NCBI GenBank assembly: GCA_965153455.1
Contig: OZ234493.1
Location: 25,968,213-26,032,212, forward strand
DNA from: Sphagnum compactum
Lineage: Eukaryota
DNA: 64,000 bases
Direction: 5' to 3'
Part shown: piece after piece, positions 50,847 to 63,889 of the stretch
How positions within the stretch are numbered: the stretch's first letter is position 1
How the letters are laid out: every line of letters starts with the position of its first letter
Notes under the pieces: model-generated
Told to the model about the DNA's origin: nothing
Databases searched by the model: none
What the model saw: the letters and a program-made list of their open reading frames with translations, nothing else
Translations under genes and position numbers: made by a program

Positions 50847-51889
50847 TGATACCAAAAAGTGGGGACTCACCTAAGTGTGCCTATGCTCTGACATCAAAGT
50901 AAAATTTCAACATCAAATATTCAGTACATCAACACTAGAAGATGAGAACATTCATCGGACCAGACCTAAACACAATAACAACATGGGAACAAGACCTTTT
51001 TTATAGACCTTCAATGAATCACCTCACTTTGGATCTCCTTTTTATGTGGGATATCGTGACCTATTGGTTGTGGGCAATCCAACAAAGAAGATCCATGTAA
51101 AACCAATACCCAAACCTTGTAGAAACCACACATTATAAACAAACGAATTCAGCTATTGTTACCTTCAACTCCCTTAGTAGTTTCCCATTGCAATTGAATT
51201 TGCTCATGCCTCCTCGACACAAAGGTGCTAGATTCTCCACAAATCCCAATAGAAGTCCCAAATACAATAAACTAAAACAATATGCCACACAACAGGCCAA
51301 CCCATTGACCCCCTTGAACCTTTCATCATCTCCGTTTTAGGTTTCTATTGACTCACTAACATACAATGTTCTACCCACCAACCTCAACCAATGGAGTTTA
51401 TGAAGCTAAAAGGCAAAACATCCACATGATTGAGCTCAGGCATTCTTCCCAAAACTCACAACAATGAAACCAAAAACATAAAATCAAAGAAAAAAGGTTT
51501 AATCCAAGAGTGCTTAGCTTTCTCTGCCTTCTGGTATTTATCCCTATCCACCACCAAGTGCATTGCCAATCTCTTCACCTCATCCTCATCTTCACAATAA
51601 AAGAAAATCCTGGACATAGAACTCCATTTGCTAGTTCTTGATCTGGGTGTTGGCATTCCATGAAGAACACAAACCAAAACTCATAAACTACAAACAACAA
51701 AAACACAAGAAAAATAATTAAACATAAAGAAGTAGAAGGCACCTCCTCTAACATCCATGATACCAATTGTCTCCTCTTTTGGCACTTTATACCAGTCACA
51801 TTCAATGTAGTAAATCATCCATCAGTTTAAGGTTTCGTCAAATTAAGGCTAAGTCACAAATGAATTTGTTGACACATGTCTAGGTCACA
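50847..51889 (-). repeat. 5' LTR of the Ty3/gypsy element
   Basis: It is a direct repeat of 44818-45861 and adjoins the PBS-like motif. Confidence 0.9.
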
Positions 51890-53049
51890 AGGGTTTATAT
51901 TTCAATGCAAATATTGTAACACAAAAGTTGTTTTGCATATATGGAAAAACGCAAAAATTTCAAACGTAAATTAGATTCAAAAAAGTAGTTAGAATTATTT
52001 TCTTTGGGTTGCTTTTGAAGTAATCTTCCTTGTTATCGAGGTTGAATAAAGGTGTATGGGAAATACTCCTCTTGACCCTTAGGGTTGACATCAAGCACCA
52101 CATTTGGCAAAGTCTAATCCCACTAGGGAACAATGTCAAGATGACAATTGTGGCATTTGAATGCAACATAGAGAAAAAGAACTTATATTTTGTTTGTGTT
52201 CGGTGTTCCACACATGAGGTTATGATAATCATGCCTTCTTGGAGATTATAATGCATGATTTTGATATTGAAAACGCGGGGTCTAAGTAAATTGTCCATCA
52301 CAAACATGTAGATTGAAAAAGGGTGGATTTTAGTGTTGGTTGAATATGAACATTTTTAGATATTAATCTAGTATTGGTATATAGGGTTCTACAAAATTGA
52401 AATATCACATGCATAATGATATCAAAATATTCCTCCAATTTATATACAAACATGATATGAAAAATTAAAGGATATGAAATGGTTATGCAATGATATCAAT
52501 ATGATACTAGTAGGTACACATAATAATTCTAGTATTAATCATGCCTTTTGGTGATGATGTATTTTTCATGTCATGTATGTTAAACAATATCAAGTTATAC
52601 ATAAGAACCATGATCAGTTGTTGAAATGTTGCCACATTTCATATTCATTTGCAAGTTACTACTTTTCCAAACAACGTTAATATACTTACACAAGATAGTT
52701 CAATTTTTGTAGACACATGTTATAGTAAACTTTAAAAGAATTGACAAAAATAAGTTATACACAAGAAACATGATCATCCATTTGAATGTTAAGACACATT
52801 TCAATGTTCATAATCACTTGTAAGTCACTACATATATCCAATTAAAGCTCGTATTTGCATAACAATTCCAAAAAATTGACAATGTTTACCTTTTTTTTCA
52901 ACCGTTGCATGTACTACCCAAAAACATCTTGCACATGGACATACATATGAAATTAAAAGCATAACACTAAACACCAAATCTTTTAAAGCTTTTGACAATT
53001 CCCAAATAATTAGCGTTTTAAAGTTTGGCTCCATATTCATCAAATAGTT

Positions 53050-54780
53050 CATCCTCAACTATGAAAAATTCCTTTTCTTTTTAGAAGCAAGAATGTAGCA
53101 TGTCCTTGCATCCTTTGCCAACTTGTCAAAATTTTGCATACAACTTGTCGAAGTTTTGCATACATAACCAACACCATTCGTGCATGTTCAAGGTCAATAT
53201 GTCAACAAGAATACAAATCTTCTTAATTACATTTTGAAACTTTGGAATACCCAAAAGTTGTTAAGTAGGGGATGCAACATTATGAAATTGTCTCTCATTG
53301 TCTATCCACCATTACAAGGGTGATTTTAGATCATTAACATTCATAATGATTTGATGATACAAGGACAACTCAATTTTCACCAAAGAAAGAAATTGGTTTC
53401 TTGAGTTGATGTTTCAAATTTCAAGTTCTCACAAGGAGTCATTAATGTTAGGGGCCAAAAAGGGAGGCCTCTGTAAAGGTGTGAATGCATGTAGACCCTT
53501 TGGTAACCCTGCCTACTGATTGCCACACCTCAAAACGCCTCCCCAACGTTGGCTACCTCTTGTAGTAGTCCCTTTTAATTTGTAGAAATCTACCTTCAAA
53601 TGTTCCCCTTCTTCCTATTGCCATGTACTAGCTACTACCTTATTGTGGCAACTAGTAGCTTATTGTTCTAGAAGCTGCCTCTTAATATGCCCTCTTATTT
53701 TCTATTCTAGAAGAAACATAACACTACCATGAAAAAGGGGCAACGTACATTGTATATTCTTAAACTACTATTATTTTCACATTTCCTAATAGAACAAACG
53801 CACACAAAACACATAGAAATTCTTCAACCATTTTCCATTAGAATCACACACAAGTACAATACATTTCCCACTACTCTCTCTTCCCTAAACCCTACATCAC
53901 ACACTTTTCCAAAATAGTCCTCCATTCCAACAACCAACTACTAAAGTATTGAATGCCATAAAAGTCCTCCAAAACCTCCTTTACCCCTCCTTCTCCACAA
54001 GGCCCACATTGACCCATGACAATAGGGCCCTTATCCTAATCCCTTCTTAGAAATCTCCTAGATGATTGGGTAGATTACCCCCAACCACTCATTAACATGA
54101 ATTATTTAATCCCACTAGCTTTGGTAAGGGACGGTAAGTTTACCACTAATAACAATTAGTTATTAGGATGCCTATGGTACTAAATAGTCTAGAGATTTCT
54201 ACCCCTTAATAGCTTCATTGCACATCCAAGGTTTAGATGCTTAGAAAGTTTCACTAATTAACTCATCTACAATTGCCCTTTTTATATTTTGGCCTACATC
54301 TTCCATAACACATTGAAGGCCTTTAAAACAAAGAGCTAGTTTTCATTCATGTTTGTTTTTTATGGATTTTTTGGCCAATACATTATGGTATTTTGTAACA
54401 TAATCTGAACTTTAGGTTCATTCACTTCCTTCATCCTAACCTCAAGTTTAATGTCATTTGTGGCATATTCACGTGCCTTGTACATGACGTGGCCAAAATA
54501 TTTGCCACAAACAAGTGAAGAAAACTATAATGGTACACAAGATATGAAATAAGTCAATGCAATAGAAAGGGACTTAGATTTGTGCCCTTGTCCTTGACAT
54601 AAGCCATAACCTAGTTGGTGAATTGATAGTATACAATGTCCAACATTTCATTTGCTCAACCAATGTTGTTCCAGAGGTGTTATGAGCTTCAAACAACCTT
54701 ACTATATTGTGATAGGGCACCCAATCATGTGAAGGCGGTTGATGTAGCGAATTAATGTAGATATATGTTCATTATTAATG
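53050..54780 (-). mobile_element. hAT transposase relic (minus strand, heavily decayed)
   Basis: Fragments are AHNTSGTTLVEQMK (~54680), YFGHVMYKAREYATND (~54480, CxxH region) and KSPL*WWIDNERQFHNVA...LLGIP (~53300, C-terminal dimerisation domain). Confidence 0.6.
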
Positions 54781-55559
54781 TGTTTTTCATGCACATGATG
54801 GCATGTGAAGGATTGTAATAAATGTTTGATTTGTGGGACTTGGTAAATTATGCACCTCATGCTTTGAGTAATTTGAATCTATATGGATGCCTATGGCTGG
54901 ATTGTTGAACACAGAGAAAGCCTAAGTAAGTTTGCTCCAATTATGAAGATGTTAGAGCTTTTAATTATCTTGCAACTTGAATTAATTGTGCACCCATAAT
55001 AACTTGTTTGGCAACAATTTCTTCATTAGCCTTCTTGATGATCAATGGTTCGTTTGTAATATCTAAGTTGCTTGTCACACTTATGGCAATAACTTCCACT
55101 TCCCTATCATGATCAAACTCTCCAAATCAAAACCATGGAGTGTACTAAAATTTATAGTGCACAACATTGAAACAAAAAATCTTTCAATGGCAAAACCTTC
55201 AATCCACACACATGATTGCAATCACAACCATGGTAGCAAGAGCAACCCACAACAACAAAACTAACCACCAATTGACAACAAGAAAGATAATAGTAACTTG
55301 GCATGTTCTTTGCAAAAATTATTTGCACATTTGTGACATGGATTGAAAGAAAGAAAAAACAAATTACCTTGATGGTTGAAGCTTGAAATGTAGTTTGAGG
55401 TTCGAAGTTGAAATTAAGAGTTTAAAGGGGTTTTTATAAAACTAAAGATGGAATCTCAGTCATGAAAAAGCATTATGAAGTTGAACATTCTACTATTTTT
55501 AAATGTATGTTAGTGAGATTGTATGATGACGACATTCTACTGAAACAAATGATTTAAAA

Positions 55560-58268
55560 AAAAAAAGCTCCAAGGTTCAAAAAGTTGTACGCCAAAATCC
55601 ATTTCTGCATTTTTCAATAGTATTACAACATATAAAAAATCAAATGAAGAATAGAAAGCTTTCATTGATGATCTTGTGTTGATTGTTGTGAAAAGGTTAC
55701 TCCTTTTAAACATAGTAAAAAACATATGGATGAGGCAATTTGGCTTACAAAGGGACCCAAGATTGGTGTTTCCACCATGTAGAATTCAAATTGAAAAGGT
55801 ATTACCTTGTATGATGAAACACACTTGAAAAGTTTGTTTTGCCTTATGTCAATGGTGTAGTTTCATCACAACATTTGACCTTTGGATGAACAAAGGTGCA
55901 CTTGATATTTTTGCCCTTGTGATTAATTTCTTAATATTGGATTGGGAATCAAAACATGTTACAATTGGTCTATTTGAGGAAAACAACATTACTAGAATTA
56001 ATCTTACTAGTTAATTACAAACTTTGTTTGAAGAGTACAAATTGATTAACAAAAACATTTGTTATGTGAAATACAAAGGCATGAATTTGTTTACAATGAC
56101 AAATGTTCTAAACAAATTGTTAGATGTGAAGAATTGGGGATATTGGCATCGTTTGAAAATGTTTGTTTTGAACATGCCCTTTCTAAAGCTTGCCAATATA
56201 CCACTTTTAATTAAAAGGTAAGTTCATGTTTGCAACTTGTGAACATAAAATCTTCACAATTTTCAATTCAAGCTTATATAATAGCAAAATAAAAATTTAA
56301 AGGAAGGGTAGAGTGGAAAAACGTTTGTTTGGTTGCAAGTTTGCAACCACAAAAACTAAACACACTAGTGAAGACAAGGTTTGCATCCAAAGTGATAATG
56401 TTCCAATAAGCCTTTGAATATAGGCTACTATTCATGTTTGTTACATTCAACAAACATTGGTTTTACGATGCAAAATTCTAACAACACAAATATGGGCCAT
56501 TGAAGAAACCAATGTTTCAACCCTAGCCCTAGTTGTATCAAATTGTGTGTTGAATCAATGTCATGGTTATTAGTTGTTGAGTGATGCATTTGCAAATGCA
56601 CTTAACCTTTGTGTGAACTTGACGAATGAGGGACTTGAATTGGAAATCCGGATGAATTCTATTCCTACAACTCAATTTGATGCAAAATTATTCTTGTTAG
56701 AAAGTAAGATGCAATTGGAAGTCATTTGTGTGCTTGTTTCATTTTTGGATTGTTTGTTTCAATTTGATCCCAAAAAATTGCACATGATGTTGGTTCTAAT
56801 GCTTGATCCCAAATTCAAGGATATTTTTATATTATATCCTATATTAACAACCATATCCTTGTTCTTGTGCAAATGCCAAAAACTTTGGCTGGATTGCATG
56901 ATCAGATCCATTGCATGTGAAGGGTGATTTGCCATGCAGGTGAAGTCTGAATCAGAGAGGGAAAATTTATGGGAGGAGGTGGAAAAGCTCAAACATGAAG
57001 GCACCAACGTTTCAAAGCAGTGGGAGATTCGTGGGATTTGTTGCAAATAATGAAATGAACAACAGTAGGAGAAGGGTTATGGAATTGTTGGTTTTTTGGT
57101 AGCTGAATCAGAGGCGAGAGTTCATACTGCGTGGAACTTGACGTGAAAAATGGAATTTTTCGAGTTGGAATGTGGGGGCGGTTGTTGTGAGAGTTTCGAG
57201 ACGGATGAGTTATGAGACCATTCAAGTTCCCAATTATGTGAGAATAAAAAAAGCCACAATTGTACCAATTAAATATGATTTTGAAACTCTAATTCTCCTT
57301 TGTGTTCAACTTATTAAAAAGTTCATCCTTTTGTAGAACATCCATCAAATTCTAGCCCCCAAGAAAGATTGTTGGTGGTGTTTGGTACAAAATTGACTCA
57401 AGACCAAATTGTCATGGAACATGTAAGTTTTGAATTTTTGTAATCATAAATTTTAATAAAAAACTTCTAAGTCAAATATGTAATGCTAACAATTTGTCTT
57501 TGATTATAGGTGTAATGAGAACTTGCATGTTTTCAAAATATGCAATTGGTTGCAATGTCTTGTGAAGATCCATTAAAGTGGTGGAAAGCACATGAGGCAC
57601 AATTTCTTCTTGTTGAATACAAAGTTTGTCAAATTTTAAGTATTTTGGAAAGTCGAATTGAAGGAAAACAATTTTTTTCTATTGCTAGAATTTTGACAAG
57701 GTCCATAATTGTCAATTTGAAACTCAAAACTTAAATCAACTTGTATTGATTTTCAAGAATTGGCCAAATGATCCACATTTTGGTTGTGAAACATTTGTAA
57801 AGGCTAAATTTCTTAATAACTTTCAAGATATAGAAGCAAATTGTTTAGATTAGATTGAAAAAAGGTTTGAAAACCAATTAGATCACTTATGTTGAGCTTG
57901 TTAATATGACAAATTTTCATTTTTAGATTTGCATTTATGTTTAGTAGGGCAAGTGACATGTCCAATTTGATCTCAACGCTTTCTCATTTGATGCATGTTC
58001 AAGAATTTAGAAATCAAAATATTTTGATGCAATTTTATTATTTTAATTCAACATCACATGTGTGCACTGTTCCACTAGATTTAAGCCTGTGATAGTAGTC
58101 TAAATAAATTTCAAAGTATGAAAAAATAAACCTCATTTTTAATAAATGAGATAAAATTATTTATCCTTTCTTTATCTTTTTTTCACCTTAACCATGGGTA
58201 TATGATAGGGGTTACCCGGACCCTACCCATCTACCCAAAATTATAAAATTTGTTTGAACCCTACCCTG
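55560..58268 (+). mobile_element. hAT transposon relic (plus strand)
   Basis: Motifs are TFDLWMNKGALDIFALVINF, CFEHALSKAC, NTLVKTRFAS, LMLDPKFKD and DPLKWWKAHEAQF (dimerisation domain). A hAT-like terminus GAACCCTACCCTG with ACCC subterminal repeats lies at ~58214-58268. Confidence 0.82.
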
Positions 58269-58993
58269 ATCGAACAAACAAAGAAACCTAATATATCTTC
58301 ACCCTCGAGTAAATAAATTAAAATTTTGCATATACCCTTACACTAAGATATATCAAAATCAATATACCTACACAACACTGATAGATTAGTTCCCTTGAAC
58401 CATCAAAAAGCATTATTCATTATTCCATAGAACTGTAGCAATAATTTGGGTTTCACAAAAAACATCATTACACAAGCTTTTGAACTCAACTTAAATTTCT
58501 TGGTATAATCAAGAAATGCTGACAATACCTCTATCATCAGGTATATGACAACCAACTCTGTCCAAACTACATATACCAATGTGAAGTGATCCAGTGCACA
58601 GATCAATGTAAGTCTTCTTTTGACTTAACTCTGCCATCTGAACAAATATACAAGTTCCAGGTGCATACTGATGCCAAAACAGCTTGCTGGCTGCCTGGAG
58701 TCCCAAAAAAGTAGGTCTGAATTTCACCAATTGCAAAAACAGAAGTGCTGGGTTCCTGATGCTTGTAAATGCAGCAATACAAGCATTGGGTTGTAATAAA
58801 CTGACCATATGAAAGCTGGCCAATCTTCAATAGCACAGGGCAGAAGAAAATGCAGGTAGATCCAGAGAGAGATGATAATCTCAGCATTGTGCAGCACCCT
58901 GTTTGCCCATTGTGCTCTATCACCAGGGATAGATAGTCAGTGTTTGTATCACCTGGTTGCAAGTCTGTAAAACTGGCCTCATTTGCTTCCATT

Positions 58994-61900
58994 CTAGCGA
59001 TCATCCTCATCATCCTTCATGTATTTTTCTTGCACAGCTGCTGTCGTGCCACATTACAGTCAAGGTGGACATCTAAGTACAGAATCTGCTTGGTCTCTTT
59101 GTAACGAAACAACATCAACACAATGCATGAGGACCCTGTCCCATGTGAGGACAACAACGTTTATGTATTGGACTCTAGAGCCCTATCCATGCAACATATC
59201 AGGACAAGTTCTCAGCACATCATCAGCACACAACTGAATGAAAAAGACAGGGAGAGGATATCTGTAATAATCCCAATTCAGTGGGGCTGCAGCAATCTTG
59301 TTGAACTCTGTGATGTTTCCCTCAATCCCAGCAAAGACATAGCCATTGCTTTTGTCAATAAGCTTGAGAATCTCCATCACACTCTCTTTGTCCTGGGCAA
59401 AAAAATTACATGCACAAATGTTTCAGCCAGTGTTAAATCTATGCAAGAGAAGCATCAGGGGCTAGAATCTGAGAGATATATGATGCACACAGCCAGGTCG
59501 AGACCCACCTGAATATTTAGTGTTGTGAAGTTGACAAGACTATAATCCTCAATTACTTCACATAGCTTTTCAGTCAGTTTTCTGCAGTTGACACCAGAAA
59601 AATTCCATATTTGTTATATGCACCAAGCACAGTCAAAGAATCAACAAACTGTGAGTACGCAGAAGGACAAGCAGCAGTAAATTTGGCAGGAATATCAAAG
59701 GTCAGAGAAGAGATAGGTTGCAAGATACCTATATTTTTCAGACCAGATGTCCTTATCTAAATAATGCTGAAGATAAGAAAGATCCTGTACATCTGTATAA
59801 AAGTCTAGATTGAAAGCTACAAACAGCCCACACAAAAATGTGAGCTTATTGCATTGTCACATCTTCACATTTCAATCAAGTACTATGAGTAAAAACAATA
59901 TTCCCGTAGCTTAAGCCATGTCCAAGTTAGGAAGTTACCAAGTTTTCCATAGCTTTCTATAAGGTCAATTTTGGACAAAACATTGATGTGAGGGAGCTCC
60001 AAGTGAAGCATTGCAGACAGAGACATCAGCAATGCTGAAACGTACATCCCAGGCTCACTGCACAGATGTGCATCAACCAGGTGTACAGCTGTGAGCTGCA
60101 AGAGTCCAAAGCCACCATTGCCAGATTAACAACTAGTAACACAGACAAACTTGATAAAAGTTTCCACATCCTCTCAAAGCTTAAAGAGTCAAGAGCAATA
60201 TGTCTAAAAGTACTGAGAACGTCTAAATAGTTATGATTTTAGCTAACTTGGAAAGAATTGAGAGATGACCCTATAATATAAGGTAATGTAAATTTGAGAT
60301 CTGACCCAAAAACCAGCAACCATCAGCAAACACAAAGACAAGAAAACCAGACCACAAGACAGAATTAACTAGTGGTTTGAATGACAGTGGGGTCATACTC
60401 ATGTTCAGGGACCTTCAATGGTAACATGCATGGCATTGACCACCTACCCTAACATCCCTGCTTATAGAGTCATGAAAAATTAGAGAAGGGAAAAAAAGGA
60501 AGTACCCTGAAGTCCCATTTGTTGACCATTTCCAGGATGACATTTTTTGCATTGTTGTGCAGAGTGAAGAGCTCCACCTGTCCAGGAAAGTCAAATAGCA
60601 GATAGTGATCTGCATAGAAATGTGAAAGCCACAATAATCCACACATAAGAGAGTCCCCCTAATAGAAGTTCAAGAAAATTTCACCTTGACACAGATTTGT
60701 TTACCAAGGCTCTCAGGTGCAAAAGAAGCTTATGGAAACTGGGAACCAGCTTATGGACTCTCAAATATAAGGTTGAACACAAAGATGTTGCATTAGTTTC
60801 TTCAAAGCTACAGTTCATAGAGCAAGAATGCAATGGATTACAGACCACATAGCACATGCACTTGAGGTCAATATCAAAACTGGAGAACATAACATGATGG
60901 TAGCTGAAGAGATCCCAACAACTACTACCAATGTGAAGCATCTCAAAGACATCAACACCATGCTCCTCTGCACATCCATTTTCCAAATAATCCTTTCCAA
61001 TTATTGTTGGATATAATAAGAAGGTGAAGGACCAACCCTTGGGTAGCTGACACTGTGAACTTGTGTTAGTTTCGTGAAGTGCATAACAAGAGGCACTTTA
61101 AACATGTTTTACACATTTTCTGAGAAAGAAGCAACACAAGTTGTTCCTCCTTGGACCAAAGCCTTTTTTGCTGGATCCCTCTATCACTGTAAAATCATGA
61201 GTTAGAATTGACATTGATTACACTTCTTTCCTGGGGCACCAATCTGAAATTCAGCTGATCAGTTACATGAGGATGTAAATTGGGATTTGTGTATCCCTTG
61301 GCATAGAACTCCCAGTCCTCTTTCACGACAATTCATTAGAGCTTGTGGAGGGAGGGTCAGTTTTGGATCACACACCTTTAATGAGAGGCTCCAGCTTGTC
61401 CTTCAGCCAGTCAATATTCTTTTCCAAATAGTCCATACAAAACACCAATCCTGGAATTGCAGATGCCTCAATTCAGTCCTCACTCTCAATAAGTGAGAAC
61501 ATGATTTACCTTTTTCTTCTTGTCAGAATTCAAGGAATTAGGGTTAGGGTTTTCAGTTGTTTTCTAAATAATCCATACGAAACACCGATACCTGAAATTG
61601 CAAGAGGCCTCAATTCGGTCGCACTCTCAATATGCAAGAACATGACTTACCTCTTTCTTCTTGTCAGAATTCAAGGAATTAGGGTTAGCATTTTCAAGCT
61701 GAAACACAGGGACAGAGAGACAGAAAGAGAGAGCACCTCCATTGGGGCCAAGGTCATACTGAGCCATCACATCCTCCAGTTTAATGAGCTCTTCAATGTT
61801 GACTGCGCACTCATAGGGAAGCTGGTCATTTGCAGGGTCCAGGTTTATGACTGCGGTTTTCCTATTTCAAACAAACCGCAAACAACACACAGCCAGGCAG

Positions 61901-62166
61901 ACACGCACACATACAAAGAAAGCAAATCAGTCGGACGGTGCGAGCCCACTGAGCTTTTCTCCTTTTATTCTAAAAGAAAACCGCAACCAAATGGGTACTC
62001 TACATTGGGAATAAATTTTCCAAAGCAAAAAAAAAGCCCATCATGACCCCACACACACGCACGCACACACAAACCTGCCGATAAGCTGAAGAAACTGCGA
62101 CATGCCATTGCAGTATGTGGTCTTGCCGGATCCTGGAGGACCGATCACCAACTGTCCGAACACCAT
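58994..62166 (-). CDS. GPN2: GPN-loop GTPase 2 (QQT1 orthologue-like; 298 aa, 9 exons, last intron AT-AC)
   Basis: Exons are 62166-62075, 61861-61737, 61450-61376, 60609-60506, 60095-59939, 59816-59729, 59581-59509, 59392-59262 and 59045-58994. Motifs are [42 protein letters not shown] and [10 protein letters not shown], ending [14 protein letters not shown]. Confidence 0.95.
59046..59261 (-). other. U12-type (minor spliceosome) AT-AC intron
   Basis: The 5' site is ATATCCTC, the branch site CACCTTGAC lies ~14 nt from the terminal AC, and removing the intron restores the frame [11 protein letters not shown]. Confidence 0.9.
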
Positions 62167-62289
62167 CGAATCCTCTTGCAAACCTTCACTGTGTGTGTGT
62201 GTGTGTCTCTGTGTGTATTTGTCTCGCTTCTTCTTCAAACCAATACAGAGCTCTTGCTTTCCCTCTTCTCTGCAACAACTTCAAACCTT

Positions 62290-62332
62290 AAACCCTAATA
62301 CCAAGAGCACAGCTGAAAACCGTAAACCCTAA
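62290..62332. promoter_or_regulatory. Two telo-boxes (AAACCCTAA) between GPN2 and the tRNA gene
   Basis: Exact motifs lie at 62290-62298 and 62324-62332. Confidence 0.5.
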
Positions 62333-62376
62333 TGAATAACCAAAAAATACTTAGAGTTACTATATGTCAGCATCAA

Positions 62377-62458
62377 GTCGCTTTGGCCGAGTGGTTAAGG
62401 CGTGTGCCTGCTAAGTACATGGGGTTTCCCCGCGAGAGTTCGAATCTCTCAGGCGACG
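62377..62458 (+). tRNA. trnS-GCT: tRNA-Ser (GCT)
   Basis: The 82-nt gene has acceptor stem GTCGCTT/AGGCGAC, A box TGGCCGAGTGG, anticodon loop CTGCTAA, a long variable arm and B box GTTCGAATC. There is an upstream CAA and a downstream T5 at ~62491. Confidence 0.97.
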
Positions 62459-63262
62459 AATGAAGACTAATGAAAAAAAAGCGCACTCTCTTTTTATTCT
62501 GTCATCTAATAACGAAGATGAATGAAAAGGAAACGGAATCTTTTTCTGTATGCAAATAACTACCATTGAACTAGAAGCAGTGTTGGGTTGGTAGTGGGTA
62601 CCCGGTTTGGCTTGTTAGTCAAAAGAGAAGACTAGAACAAGGGGGCTAACCAGAGGGTAACCAGCAGTTAACCAACTATTCTTTGTTGAACAATGGGAGA
62701 AGAGGGAGAGGTTATGCATCTGGAGAGATGAGGGTAGGGCCAATCAAAAGCTTGAAAAGCTCAAAATACAAGATAATGGATTAACTTTAATTAGTTGCTG
62801 AATGGTAAAATTTTGTTCCCACCCAATCTCTAGCATTGGGGAGTGTGTGTAATGTGTACATGGAAATGGACCTCGCTTTTGAACTAGGTTCAAAAGTTCT
62901 TGAACTTGAAAAAATGTGCTCGAATTGAAATCGAGGAGTTTAAAAATTGGGAGAACCAAGCTCAAACCCCTACCCGAAGAACCTCCAAACAAATTTAAAA
63001 CAGAACTGAGATTGAAGGGTTCTCTTAAAAAAGAACAACAACACAACACCGGTTATATGTGCTAATCCCTCTGATCAACCTACTTCTCAAGGAAACAAAA
63101 ACTTGATATGGTGAACATTTGAGTTCCTTTCAGCTCTCCCGAGGAAATCATATGAATCCAAAAGAATTGGTCCAACACCATGTATAATATTGACCTCTAA
63201 TTCCAGTTTCTCACAGAATACCAAGGGTTCTGTTTGTGATAAGACATTTATCTACGAAGATA

Positions 63263-63620
63263 GTTTGTTTGTTTATCATGTCGAGATCTTCCAAACCATG
63301 GTGCCTCTTGCCACACTCTTGGTAGAGTCAGAAAGCCTTCGATGAGTAAGGGTGCACCAAGTTGGTTTCATAACCTCTCAACCTATGGTGAAAAAGTTAT
63401 TGAATGTTGAACAATTTTTTCATTGAAAATTCATTCAAATCAAAACTAAAATTATAGGGGAATTTGGGCACACTCATGGTATTTTTGGAAAGCCCTCAGT
63501 GAGTAGGATTTAATGAAGGTGAAAAAAGTTAGACCTAAGGTTCAGGAGATTTTTAATTTTGAGTAATTTTTGTTATAGGAAATTCAATTAAATTACAAAA
63601 CATGGTTTTGGAAAATTTAT
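63263..63620 (+). repeat. Dispersed repeat, copy 2 (related to 43521-43800)
   Basis: It shares the same blocks in the same order as copy 1. Confidence 0.75.
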
Positions 63621-63889
63621 GTAGTTAGGTAACTCAGCTATACTAGTTATGGTTTGTATGAGGCTGTAGTTGGGTTCAAATGAGGATATGTGAACCCTAA
63701 ACCCTAAACCTTCCAAAAGAATTACAGATCTTCAAGTCCACAAAAGTTAAGGTATCTTCAAGTGCTCAAAAGTTAAGGTAAAGTCCACATAACATGAGCT
63801 ATCAAGTCCAAATGCCTCCCTTGCTTTTGCTTTGCCTGTTAGGTGCTCTCATCGTTTCCTTGCAACAAGCAGCCACCCAGCAGGCATCA

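Larger units (their letters stand above)
44818..51889 (-). mobile_element. Ty3/gypsy LTR retrotransposon, both LTRs present, internally decayed
   Basis: Direct repeats 44818-45861 and 50847-51889 (~1044 bp) have TG...CA ends and TSD AGGG. A PBS-Met-like TGGTATCAAAGC lies at 50854-50843 and a PPT-like AAGAAGGTAGTGG at ~45880-45868. Coding remnants are gag with three CCHC-like knuckles (~48750-48600), protease LVNTGAS (~48090), RT KKDGSRRF / MPFGLKNA / VFFDD, and RNase H. No integrase core was seen. Confidence 0.93.
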
